A stretch of 16,301 nucleotides of DNA from an uncultured Candidatus Poseidoniales archaeon (GCA_964645485.1 CAZXZO010000001.1:145868-162168); one strand, 5' to 3'; positions 7,032 to 15,798 are shown, counted from the first letter of the stretch. Numbers and translations: made by a program. Notes: generated by a model not told the origin, from the letters alone.

Positions 7032-10000
7032 ATGTCGAGCCATACCTTAGAATTGAATATGAACAAGAAGCGGGTCAAAGCCCTAGCACTAGTCGCACTG
7101 ATGGTGCTGTCAACTTCGTTGGCGGTACTGGATGTATCTGCGAGTAATTCAAAGCAATACCCAGTAACAAGGAATCCTCTAGACCTTGCGACTGGTGACT
7201 TTGATTGCGACGGTGATGACGATATTGTGACCGCAAGTGAGATGGGTAATTTCTTATCCATTCTCTGGAATGACAATGGAAACTACCAAGATAGATCTGA
7301 CATTTGGGTTTCAAACAACGCTAGCCGCCGTGCTGGATTCACTGACATCGCTGATGTTGGTGGTGTTGAAGTAGGAGACATTGATGACGATGGTCAGGAT
7401 GACATTGTCTTTTACCAAGGAAACATACAGGTCTTTGGTAGCGCAGAAGTTATCCGTGGAAATCTCACAGTTTTGCGAAATGAGGATTGTGCTGGAACCT
7501 TCAGTGAGGATGCGGTTTACACAATGGGCGACATCGTTTGGAACTTCCAAATTGGTGACGTTAATGGTGATGGAGTAGACGATATCGTTGCTCTTGAATT
7601 GCAAGATTTGGCTTCTGGTACACAACGCCTCTTAACCTACCTCGGTGGTTCTCAGCGTAACAACGCTGCAACAAATCATAAGATTACCACCCTCGACAAT
7701 TTAGCAAACAAAGTGTATGCAGACATTAGGCTCGGAAACTTTGGAGAGGCTGTTGTTGGTGGACCAATCGGAAACGATTGTGACGATTTAGATGCGTTCC
7801 TGCACTTTTGGCCTGGATTTAATGCCGCAACAGGATTCTCAGATGGAGATTGGGACAACGTCTCAATCGTTGAATTCGAATGTACGCTCGATACATTCGC
7901 TGCATGGAATGACCCTAACAAAGAACACACAATCAAATTGAATTCAGAGAGCGGTAGCTTCGATATCGCTGATGAAGATGGTGACGGAAAGATTGACACA
8001 ATGGCAATCACCAACTTGACGACAGTTGTCTTACAGAGTTGTGCAGCGGCTCCTTGCCCTGCCCAGAACAATTGGCAACAGATTGCTATTTCTCCGACTA
8101 TAGGCTCGTTTGTTCCTGCCTCAGTAGAACTGCAGGATGTGAATCAAGATGGAAGCATTGACTTAGTTGTTCCAACAACTTCAACAATTACAAGTTTGCA
8201 AGGTGCTAGTGGAAATACTGTTACTTCTTACTCCACAGACAACCTTGAAGAATTGAACACAGTGCAAATCATTCTTTCAGATGGAAGTGGTGGTTATTAC
8301 CAGCCACAATCCATGCCAGTCGGTCGTCGACCAACAATGGTTCTTGTGGGACAGTTTGCTGGTGGTCCAACCAGTGCTCTTGACTTGGCAATTGGCAACC
8401 GTGACTACACATACCAATACTCAAATGGTGCTTTACACATCGATTCAAAGGGATGTGCATTTGACCCACTAAACCCACAACTCAATGGATTTGGATGTGG
8501 TAACCTTGATGCGATTTCTGTTGTCCAACTTGATAACGAAGACGTAGGAATTTCTGGTATGACTGTTTCACCAGCGAGTTTCAACCCAGATACTGGAAGT
8601 ATGACTATCGGTGAAGGTACTCGTGAAGTCAATGTAACTGTGCAAAATACGGGACTTAATTCCATTACTGGAAGTGTGGATGTTGATGTTTCAGTCAAAG
8701 AAATCACCGGTGGAGTAGACACTACTGTTTATTCAAATGATTACGAAACCGCGGCAGTATCCAACTGTGGTACAGGTTGCACATGGGCACATGCAGATTA
8801 CGACGGAGAGTCATATTACTGGCACGAGGAGGTTACTGCAAATCATTCTGCAAATCCCGAAGGAAATGAAGCAGATGTCAATCCAACTGACTACATGTGG
8901 GCTGGAACATGGCAACCGAATGCAACTGCAGGCAATCAAATGGAAAGCGGATACCTATCCAACCAAGATGATGGTTTAATCTTGCAAAACATCGATTTGA
9001 CTGGTGCTGATGCAGCATCTCTAGAACTTGATTTGTATTGTAGCGTGGGTTACTCAGTTGTCCATTATGTGAACTCCCAAGGTTCAATCTCAGGAATGGT
9101 AATTTACGACGATTCTTGTAACATTGATGTTTACACCGATGATGAAGGATGGGTTCCTATCATCTATCGTGGTGGTTACGATGCTGTAAGACTGAACGAG
9201 TATTACAGTAACGGTGGCTCTGTAGAATATACAAGCCGAGTTTACCACATCTTTGGTACAAATTACAGTTGGATGGACCTCCAAGGAAACAACTCACTAG
9301 ATTTGACACCATGGGCTGGAGATACAATTGACCTACGATTCCGATTCCGAACTGGATACGAAGGAAGCGTTGGTCGTGACAACACATCTCGAAATACTCA
9401 GTGGGATGGAATGGCGTTCGACAACTTGACAATCAAGAAGACGATTACCCAGTTCGGCCAAATTCAACCAGTTTCACAAACTCTGAATCTCAACAGCTTC
9501 GCTCCTGGTGACGAGCAAACAATTACTCTGAACGCATATTTCACAAATGGAACTGAATACATGATTGAGAGTGCTCTGACCTCTCCGACAGGTTTCAGCA
9601 ATGAGGATGCAAGCAATGATGACATGCGTTGGAAGATGGATGTTCTGAACTTGTATGACCCTGCAGTAAACGAGATAACTTCTCAAGACCGTGGGGCATT
9701 GTACGCATCGGGCGATATGCCGATTGATGTAATTGTGGAAAATGCTGGTAACACAGTGATGGATTTCGAGGTTAAGGCAACTGTTTACACTGCTCAACCA
9801 AATGCGCTGTTCACAAATCCGTGTAAGGATATTGAGGACTTCGAACCAAGTGCATGTGCATACATGTTTGGTGATGATAGCGATGGTGATGGTGGAATCG
9901 TAGATGACACAGATACTAGTGTCCAAAATGCAATTGTGCCAGGAAATCGACCATTGTTCGGTAGTAACGCTTACTGGTTCGGCCACCCCGATTCGGGATA

Positions 10001-13000
10001 TGAAGACAACTGGAATGAGTCAATGACTCTTCAAACAATTGATTTACGCAATATGGGTGGCGATTTCGCATATCTAACATTTGATTACTTCGCAGAGGCG
10101 GATTACCTCAGTGACCAAGATGGCAATATTGTAGGAGTTAACGAATATGGTGCTCTTGAAATTAGCTGGCGTAAAGGCTCACAAACCTATGAAGGACTTG
10201 TCTATGGTTCATGGAATGATTACAATGAGAACGGAATTATTGGTGGTCCAAACCAAAGTTGTGAAGACATAGATGATGACGGGGTCTTTGACGAAGTTGA
10301 ATATATGGGAGATCACCCAGACCAAGGCAATTATGTCGTTTGGTTTGACAGTGAAGGAATTGTGAAATCAGTTACCTTAGATTTGACTCACATAGTTCTA
10401 CAAAACCGTACCGGGCCTTCAAACAACTGGCGCACTGAATGTACATCAATGGAAGGTGCAGAAGTCGATTTGACTTTCCGCTTCATGACAAATGGTGACG
10501 GAATCAATGGAACATCTGGATTCGCAGGTTTCGCTCTTGACAACATCACTGTTCAGGAGTATACATTTACTTCTGACCAGACATACTACGCATCAGTATC
10601 AGGCATTGATGCCCGTGAAGAGCGCAATGTATCAGTTGGAGTGCATAACTTCCAACAAGGTATTTATCGAATTGATGTAATGAGTATTTTTGATAATCAA
10701 ACCGCTGGAAACAACTGGACTAACACTAAGGAAGTCGCAGTTGGAAACAACGTATCAAAGGTTATCTTTGAGGTTGCATCCGTTGATGTGACTTTGTTTA
10801 GACCTGATGTTCTAGATTGTGTAGAAGATGTAGATTACGATTGTGTATATCCATTTGACGCTGCACTCACTCATCAGTTTACAGTACCATTGAGCAATGG
10901 TGTGTTAGCAGGTGATTACAATATTTACCTAGACATTGTTGACTCATCTGGAACTACGGTATCATCAACAACTTCGACCAATAGCCCGATAACTCTAGAA
11001 TCGCATGAGAATAGTCAGGCAACCTTCCAGCCATTCAATGGATGGGTAGACGGTGAGACCTATGACTTGCGGTTCTACGCACAACTCGTTGATGGAACTC
11101 CATCAGGTAACCAGCGTAACTTCACAATTACATTTGCTGACATGGTTGATGTGGCAATCCTATCTAACCCGACAGACCAGAACCGTTTGCAGAGTGTGAA
11201 GATGGACTTAGAGGCAATGGGAATGACCTACACTCAGTTCAGACAAGGAGATTGGGACACGTATCTCGCTAGTGGTTGGTTAGACCATTTTGACAAGGTA
11301 TTGTTGCCTTGGCAGACTACTGCTAATGTTCAGGCTGGTAATTACTACGGCCGTCTTGGAGAATCAGCAACTGAGAACATCCTCAAGAATTACATGATGG
11401 CTGGTGGAACTATTGAAATCCATCTTGGTCCTTATGCAGAAGGATTAGATGACAATTTGTTGTATAACATGGTTATTCTAAACCGTGATACTGCAGGTAA
11501 TCAGGTTGAGCATAATGATCTCAACATTGCTGACCCATACCATCCTCTTCTTGCCAATGTAAGTGATACAGCATGGCTAGGAATGAACAATGGTAACTAT
11601 GTAGCAAATGCTGCTCTATCTACAGCAAGTGCTGGTTCCGACAAACTACCAACACCATGTGGTGGTTTGATCAATGCACAGCAGGGTTCATTCCACAGCT
11701 TGCTAAACCATGAGTCAGATTCAAGCATGCATATGCTGGCAACTTGTGGTGTAGGCAGCGGCGGTCTAATTGTGAGTACAATTGATGTAGAAAACCCAAG
11801 TGTCTCCGAACCATTCGGCAGCACTTCATCACCTCTCCGCAGCAACTTGCTTGCTTACCAAGTGACTCCATATCCTACTGAATTTGGAATCGCTGGAAAC
11901 GGATGGGATTTAACCATTAATGGAGCAGCACCATCTGAAGCAGATGCTTCGGGTGACTATTCAGACATTGTTTACATGAAATCTAACAGTGTAGTTGATT
12001 TCGGATTTTCATCAACTCTTACAGGATTGAACGCTGACTGGGAAGTTCGCGGTGCAACAGACTGGGATAGAAATCAATTCCCACCTAACATAGAGTTTGC
12101 ACACAGAGCAGATGATTCCCATGAGGTGACTTTCTGTCTAGTTGACACAAACCCGGACGGCACCGGATGTATTCAAGACGCATCATGGCAAGTAACACTG
12201 TATATTCATGATGCTGAAGGGCACACAAGAATCACCCACTTAACATTACAAACAAACGACATATTGGCTGATGAGTCAGACCCAATTGCTAACGTAACAG
12301 TGAGTGAACACCCACTTTACCCTGAGAGTTTAGATGACCATGGTACTAAGGAATCTGGTGGTGTAGAATGGCCAGTTTATCTAGCGAAATTATCGGCTAG
12401 TGGAGATGTGAAGGTCAAGTTCGATGCTTGTGGTTCACAAGACCCAGATGCAATGGGAGATGAAAGTGGAATAACACTCTACACATGGACTGTTTACCAG
12501 GATTACCCATGGAACAACCCATCAAATGATTACGATGGTCACACCTTTGAACGCACTGCGGCAATGGGTTGTGATTGGACTTACACTTTTGTTAATCAAA
12601 CTGCAGACCCATCAGGATTTGCTGAAAATCCAATACGAATTGAATTGGAAGTTATTGACCGTGCGGGTCGAGACTCTGAGAAGATAAAGATGTACTTCGT
12701 AGTAGTTCCAGAGGACTATGGCGATGATCAACCTGTTTGGCAAATCAATACTCCACTGGATGGTTCAACCCAGACTGGTGATTATGTATGGGTAAATGGA
12801 ACAGTGATTTCAGGTAGTGAAAATGGCGATGTAGCGATTGAAGCAGCACTAGATTCATCAATTCTAAATGATACCATTGACAATAAGGTACAACAGTTGC
12901 GTGACGGAAAGTTCGCCGATGTTCGAAACCTTGGAGACGACTCAGCATTCAGTCTGAAATTGAAATTAGAAGACCTGTATGATGAGAATGGTTCTACCCA

Positions 13001-13406
13001 AACAATCTATCTGAAGATTGTTGAGGGCGATGGTCAGACATGGACTCTATATCAGCAGATAGATGTGAATCTACCACCTCAAGAAGTCAATGTTGACCCA
13101 TGTGTTGAAAATCCAAATGCTGAGGGTTGTGGCGATGGAACGACCGAAACCCAAGGTGGCGGAATGTCCAATACCATACTTTACGCTGGACTTGGTGCAG
13201 TTGCTCTACTAGTGATTGTCATCATTACCATGCTTGTAATGCGAATGCGTGGTGGCAAGGAAGATGTCAGTGGATTCGCAGGAGTCGATGATATGGACCC
13301 ACAGGAAGCCTATGTTCAACAATTGATTGCTCAAGGGTATCCAGAAGATACTGCTCGTCAGTACGCAGCCCAATATGCTGGACATTTCCAGCAGGGCCAA
13401 CAGTAG
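7032..13406 (+). CDS. Giant secreted, C-terminally membrane-anchored adhesin-like protein: FG-GAP/VCBS beta-propeller, 2x (CARDB/Ig-like with inserted jelly-roll), Ig-like, class I GATase-like, PKD-like, Ig-like, TM helix and cytoplasmic tail
   Basis: Uninterrupted 2124-codon ORF. The likely start is ATG 7059, which gives a classical signal peptide (MNKKRVKALALVALMVLSTSLAVLDVSA). It has seven FG-GAP-type motifs and two jelly-roll signatures (IDL...A.L....RFRF.T...G.A.DN.T.). The PKD-like signature is VKFDACGSQDPD...YTWTV...IELEVIDRAG. TM helix at 13176-13241 followed by RMR and a 54-aa tail. Confidence 0.92.
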   Translation: MSSHTLELNMNKKRVKALALVALMVLSTSLAVLDVSASNSKQYPVTRNPLDLATGDFDCDGDDDIVTASEMGNFLSILWNDNGNYQDRSDIWVSNNASRRAGFTDIADVGGVEVGDIDDDGQDDIVFYQGNIQVFGSAEVIRGNLTVLRNEDCAGTFSEDAVYTMGDIVWNFQIGDVNGDGVDDIVALELQDLASGTQRLLTYLGGSQRNNAATNHKITTLDNLANKVYADIRLGNFGEAVVGGPIGNDCDDLDAFLHFWPGFNAATGFSDGDWDNVSIVEFECTLDTFAAWNDPNKEHTIKLNSESGSFDIADEDGDGKIDTMAITNLTTVVLQSCAAAPCPAQNNWQQIAISPTIGSFVPASVELQDVNQDGSIDLVVPTTSTITSLQGASGNTVTSYSTDNLEELNTVQIILSDGSGGYYQPQSMPVGRRPTMVLVGQFAGGPTSALDLAIGNRDYTYQYSNGALHIDSKGCAFDPLNPQLNGFGCGNLDAISVVQLDNEDVGISGMTVSPASFNPDTGSMTIGEGTREVNVTVQNTGLNSITGSVDVDVSVKEITGGVDTTVYSNDYETAAVSNCGTGCTWAHADYDGESYYWHEEVTANHSANPEGNEADVNPTDYMWAGTWQPNATAGNQMESGYLSNQDDGLILQNIDLTGADAASLELDLYCSVGYSVVHYVNSQGSISGMVIYDDSCNIDVYTDDEGWVPIIYRGGYDAVRLNEYYSNGGSVEYTSRVYHIFGTNYSWMDLQGNNSLDLTPWAGDTIDLRFRFRTGYEGSVGRDNTSRNTQWDGMAFDNLTIKKTITQFGQIQPVSQTLNLNSFAPGDEQTITLNAYFTNGTEYMIESALTSPTGFSNEDASNDDMRWKMDVLNLYDPAVNEITSQDRGALYASGDMPIDVIVENAGNTVMDFEVKATVYTAQPNALFTNPCKDIEDFEPSACAYMFGDDSDGDGGIVDDTDTSVQNAIVPGNRPLFGSNAYWFGHPDSGYEDNWNESMTLQTIDLRNMGGDFAYLTFDYFAEADYLSDQDGNIVGVNEYGALEISWRKGSQTYEGLVYGSWNDYNENGIIGGPNQSCEDIDDDGVFDEVEYMGDHPDQGNYVVWFDSEGIVKSVTLDLTHIVLQNRTGPSNNWRTECTSMEGAEVDLTFRFMTNGDGINGTSGFAGFALDNITVQEYTFTSDQTYYASVSGIDAREERNVSVGVHNFQQGIYRIDVMSIFDNQTAGNNWTNTKEVAVGNNVSKVIFEVASVDVTLFRPDVLDCVEDVDYDCVYPFDAALTHQFTVPLSNGVLAGDYNIYLDIVDSSGTTVSSTTSTNSPITLESHENSQATFQPFNGWVDGETYDLRFYAQLVDGTPSGNQRNFTITFADMVDVAILSNPTDQNRLQSVKMDLEAMGMTYTQFRQGDWDTYLASGWLDHFDKVLLPWQTTANVQAGNYYGRLGESATENILKNYMMAGGTIEIHLGPYAEGLDDNLLYNMVILNRDTAGNQVEHNDLNIADPYHPLLANVSDTAWLGMNNGNYVANAALSTASAGSDKLPTPCGGLINAQQGSFHSLLNHESDSSMHMLATCGVGSGGLIVSTIDVENPSVSEPFGSTSSPLRSNLLAYQVTPYPTEFGIAGNGWDLTINGAAPSEADASGDYSDIVYMKSNSVVDFGFSSTLTGLNADWEVRGATDWDRNQFPPNIEFAHRADDSHEVTFCLVDTNPDGTGCIQDASWQVTLYIHDAEGHTRITHLTLQTNDILADESDPIANVTVSEHPLYPESLDDHGTKESGGVEWPVYLAKLSASGDVKVKFDACGSQDPDAMGDESGITLYTWTVYQDYPWNNPSNDYDGHTFERTAAMGCDWTYTFVNQTADPSGFAENPIRIELEVIDRAGRDSEKIKMYFVVVPEDYGDDQPVWQINTPLDGSTQTGDYVWVNGTVISGSENGDVAIEAALDSSILNDTIDNKVQQLRDGKFADVRNLGDDSAFSLKLKLEDLYDENGSTQTIYLKIVEGDGQTWTLYQQIDVNLPPQEVNVDPCVENPNAEGCGDGTTETQGGGMSNTILYAGLGAVALLVIVIITMLVMRMRGGKEDVSGFAGVDDMDPQEAYVQQLIAQGYPEDTARQYAAQYAGHFQQGQQ
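7194..8534 (+). repeat. Seven FG-GAP/VCBS-type repeats (predicted 7-bladed Ca2+-binding beta-propeller)
   Basis: GDFDCDGDDDIV, GDIDDDGQDDIV, GDVNGDGVDDIV, GNFGE...DDLDAF (degenerate), ADEDGDGKIDTM, QDVNQDGSIDLVV and GQFAGGPTSALDLAIG (degenerate). Confidence 0.85.
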
Positions 13407-13489
13407 CGAACAGTAGGCTGAACGGGGCTTATTGCCCCCCACTCACCTAACCGTTGAGCGTAGCCTCTAATCTCAGCCTCGCCCTTGTG

Positions 13490-13497
13490 CTTTTGAA
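13490..13497 (+). promoter_or_regulatory. Possible TATA-like element for a leaderless ahcY transcript
   Basis: CTTTTGAA lies 24-31 nt upstream of ATG 13521, the spacing expected for a leaderless archaeal mRNA. The match to consensus is imperfect. Confidence 0.25.
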
Positions 13498-13520
13498 CCG
13501 AAGCCATCTCCCAGAGAGTA

Positions 13521-14786
13521 ATGGATGAAGCAGACGAGTACAAGGTTGCTGACATTAGTCAGGCCAAAGAGGGTTCTCTCCTAGTTGATTGGGCCCGCAG
13601 TAGGATGCCAGTCCTCGCCCTTCTGAAAGAGAAAGCAGAGAAAGAACAGCCCTTGGCAGGAATGACGGTTGCTGGTTGTTTACATGTCACAAAAGAGACT
13701 GCGGTGTTAATCGAGACGATTGCTGCTGCTGGTGCGAAAGTTTCGTGGTCAGGATGTAATCCTCTTTCAACTCAAGATGATGTGGCTGCTTGGTTAGCAA
13801 GTGAAGGGTATGGGATATACGCCTGGCATGGCCAGTCAGTAGAGGATTTCTACTGGTGTATTGACCAAACTATTGATGCCCAACCGACTTTGACTTTGGA
13901 TGATGGGGCAGATTTGATATTCAGGGTGCATGATTCACGGGTTGATGCTTTGGACAATGTGATAGGTGGAACAGAAGAGACTACCACGGGTGTTCACAGA
14001 CTACGCAGTATGGCAAAAGCAGGGAAACTTCGTTATCCTGTTATTGCTGTGAACGATGCTATAACAAAATGGGATTTTGACAATGTTCACGGAACAGGAC
14101 AATCCACCCTAGATGGGATTTTGCGGGCAACTTCTGTATTGTTAGCCGGAAAAACATTTGTTGTTGCTGGATATGGTCACTGCGGTAAAGGATTAGCTAA
14201 TCGAGCCCGTGGAATGGGGTCAAATGTTGTGATTACTGAGATTGACCCTCTAGCAGCCCTAAAGGCTCACATGGATGGATTTCAAGTGATGCAGATGGAT
14301 GATGCTGCAAAAATTGGTGATATATTTTGCACCGCAACTGGCATGGTCGATGTATTGGTCGCACGCCATTTTGAAACAATGAAGGATGGTGCCATTGTCT
14401 GTAACACAGGACATTACGATTGTGAAATCAATGTGGCAGAGTTGGAATCAATGTCTAATTCTGTGCGTACGATACGAACAGATAATGAGGAGTTCACGAT
14501 GAAAAACGGGCGCCGAATTCACCTTCTTGCTCGTGGCCGGTTAGTCAACCTGGCTGCAGCAGAAGGCCATCCTTCGGAAGTTATGGATATGTCATTTGCA
14601 AATCAATTCCTCTCACTTTGTTTACTAGCCGCAGAAGGGAAGGATTACGATAACGCGGTCTATGATATCACTCATCAGCAAGATTCTGAATTGGCTGGCT
14701 TCAAATTAGCGGCAGAAGGGCGCCAACTCGATGAATTAACTGCCAAGCAGAAAGCGTACCACGAAGACTACTCTCATGGCACCTGA
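13521..14786 (+). CDS. ahcY: Adenosylhomocysteinase (S-adenosyl-L-homocysteine hydrolase), short archaeal-type form
   Basis: Family motifs are all present: CLHVTKETAVL, SGCNPLSTQDDVAA, LDDGADL, EETTTGVHRL, VNDAITKWDFDNVHGTGQS, the NAD-binding VAGYGHCGKG, NTGHYDCEI, GRLVNL and GHPSEVMDMSFANQ. Length is 421 aa. Confidence 0.98.
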   Translation: MDEADEYKVADISQAKEGSLLVDWARSRMPVLALLKEKAEKEQPLAGMTVAGCLHVTKETAVLIETIAAAGAKVSWSGCNPLSTQDDVAAWLASEGYGIYAWHGQSVEDFYWCIDQTIDAQPTLTLDDGADLIFRVHDSRVDALDNVIGGTEETTTGVHRLRSMAKAGKLRYPVIAVNDAITKWDFDNVHGTGQSTLDGILRATSVLLAGKTFVVAGYGHCGKGLANRARGMGSNVVITEIDPLAALKAHMDGFQVMQMDDAAKIGDIFCTATGMVDVLVARHFETMKDGAIVCNTGHYDCEINVAELESMSNSVRTIRTDNEEFTMKNGRRIHLLARGRLVNLAAAEGHPSEVMDMSFANQFLSLCLLAAEGKDYDNAVYDITHQQDSELAGFKLAAEGRQLDELTAKQKAYHEDYSHGT

Positions 14787-14796
14787 TTGGCGAAGG

Positions 14797-15798
14797 TTAT
14801 TCTTCCTCAAATAGCAGGTCAACCGTTGTCAAATCAGGAATACTTGGTTGCCAATTTTTGGGCATTGGTTCGCCTGACTCAACTACCTTCTCTAATCTCT
14901 CCTGAAATGCTTTAGTCCTGTAATCTAGTAGTGTTTGGTAGAGTTTTAGCTCGCGCCATTCGTTTGGAAAACAGGTTTTTCCTGAACTCATCTCCACATC
15001 AGTAGCTCTGATTACATTGTAAGCAGGACGGTTTAATCTCCTGGTCAAGGATTTAGACCATTTTACCCCAATAAGAACGGTTCCTACAACCAACAAGAAT
15101 CCAGAAATCATGGGGATCCAAGTAGATTGAAACTCAAAAGAATTCCAAAGCAAAACTTCAGACATAACAATTGGTCCGGCTAGCATTAGAAAGGTTAATT
15201 GTTCATTAGCAGGTTTTTTCTTTCTCTGGATTTCAATATCTTTCCAACCCGGATGGTCTTTTTCCCATGGGCGGAAAATCAATGTTTTTTCACGTTCTGC
15301 AGCCTTTTTCACAGTTTCATGTAAACGAGCAGTTCTCATTAATTGACTATGAGCCATAGCATCCATACCTTCTGCCCAAAGTTGGTTTAGACGCTCGGCA
15401 GAGAGGGCGTATTGCCCGAGGTCTGCTAAAATTGCAATCTGTTCAATTAGGGGTTCAGGGTCTGTTGGGGAAACTTCACGGCGTAATTGCCACCAACCAA
15501 GTGCTTCCTCAAGCATCCCTAACTCTTGCACTAATATTTGGCCACCTCGCCACCATGCTGGTCTATTTTCAGGGTCATATTCAACGGATTTACGACATGC
15601 TCTAAGGCATCTAGAAGCCTCTCTTAGGTTTGGCTCCCCTTGAAGTGGTAGCTCGAGATTAGCGCGCATCCACCATGCTTCTGCATGTTCGGGGTCTGCA
15701 TTAATGATTTCATCTGATAATCGGCACATTTCATCTCTATCATCTTCATCCTGAGCGTCTAATGCCTGTAACCATAAGTCCTCAACATCAACTGCCAT
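14797..15798 (-). CDS. TPR-repeat membrane protein (N-terminal TPRs, two TM helices, C-terminal soluble region)
   Basis: TPR-like helical pairs (DPEHAEAWWMRA, DPENRPAWWRGG, SPTDPEPLIEQIAILADLG). Two hydrophobic segments (QLTFLMLAGPIVMSEVLLW; WIPMISGFLLVVGTVLIGV). ATG 15798 is preferred over GTG 15804 because an SD-like GGGGTG lies just upstream. It converges with ahcY across a 10-nt gap. Confidence 0.85.
   Translation of the reverse strand: MAVDVEDLWLQALDAQDEDDRDEMCRLSDEIINADPEHAEAWWMRANLELPLQGEPNLREASRCLRACRKSVEYDPENRPAWWRGGQILVQELGMLEEALGWWQLRREVSPTDPEPLIEQIAILADLGQYALSAERLNQLWAEGMDAMAHSQLMRTARLHETVKKAAEREKTLIFRPWEKDHPGWKDIEIQRKKKPANEQLTFLMLAGPIVMSEVLLWNSFEFQSTWIPMISGFLLVVGTVLIGVKWSKSLTRRLNRPAYNVIRATDVEMSSGKTCFPNEWRELKLYQTLLDYRTKAFQERLEKVVESGEPMPKNWQPSIPDLTTVDLLFEEE

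Noticed and set aside
8541-10775. Secreted M6 (immune inhibitor A) metalloprotease
   Set aside because: Only accessory jelly-roll-like signatures are present, and no HExxH zinc-binding motif was seen in the 2124-aa protein.
13407-13520. Canonical SAH riboswitch upstream of ahcY
   Set aside because: Short words resembling the family (AGGCT, AACGG, GAGCG) are present but in the wrong order, and the pseudoknot pairing is only about 4 bp. Only the generic alternative-stem observation was kept.
240-13555. Many 60-170 aa antisense or out-of-frame ORFs (for example 240..455, 2567..2989, 5369..5824, 6890..7276, 7676..8071, 9474..9986, 13358..13555)
   Set aside because: They lie within or across strongly supported long genes, have no recognisable motifs, and show the composition expected of shadow ORFs.
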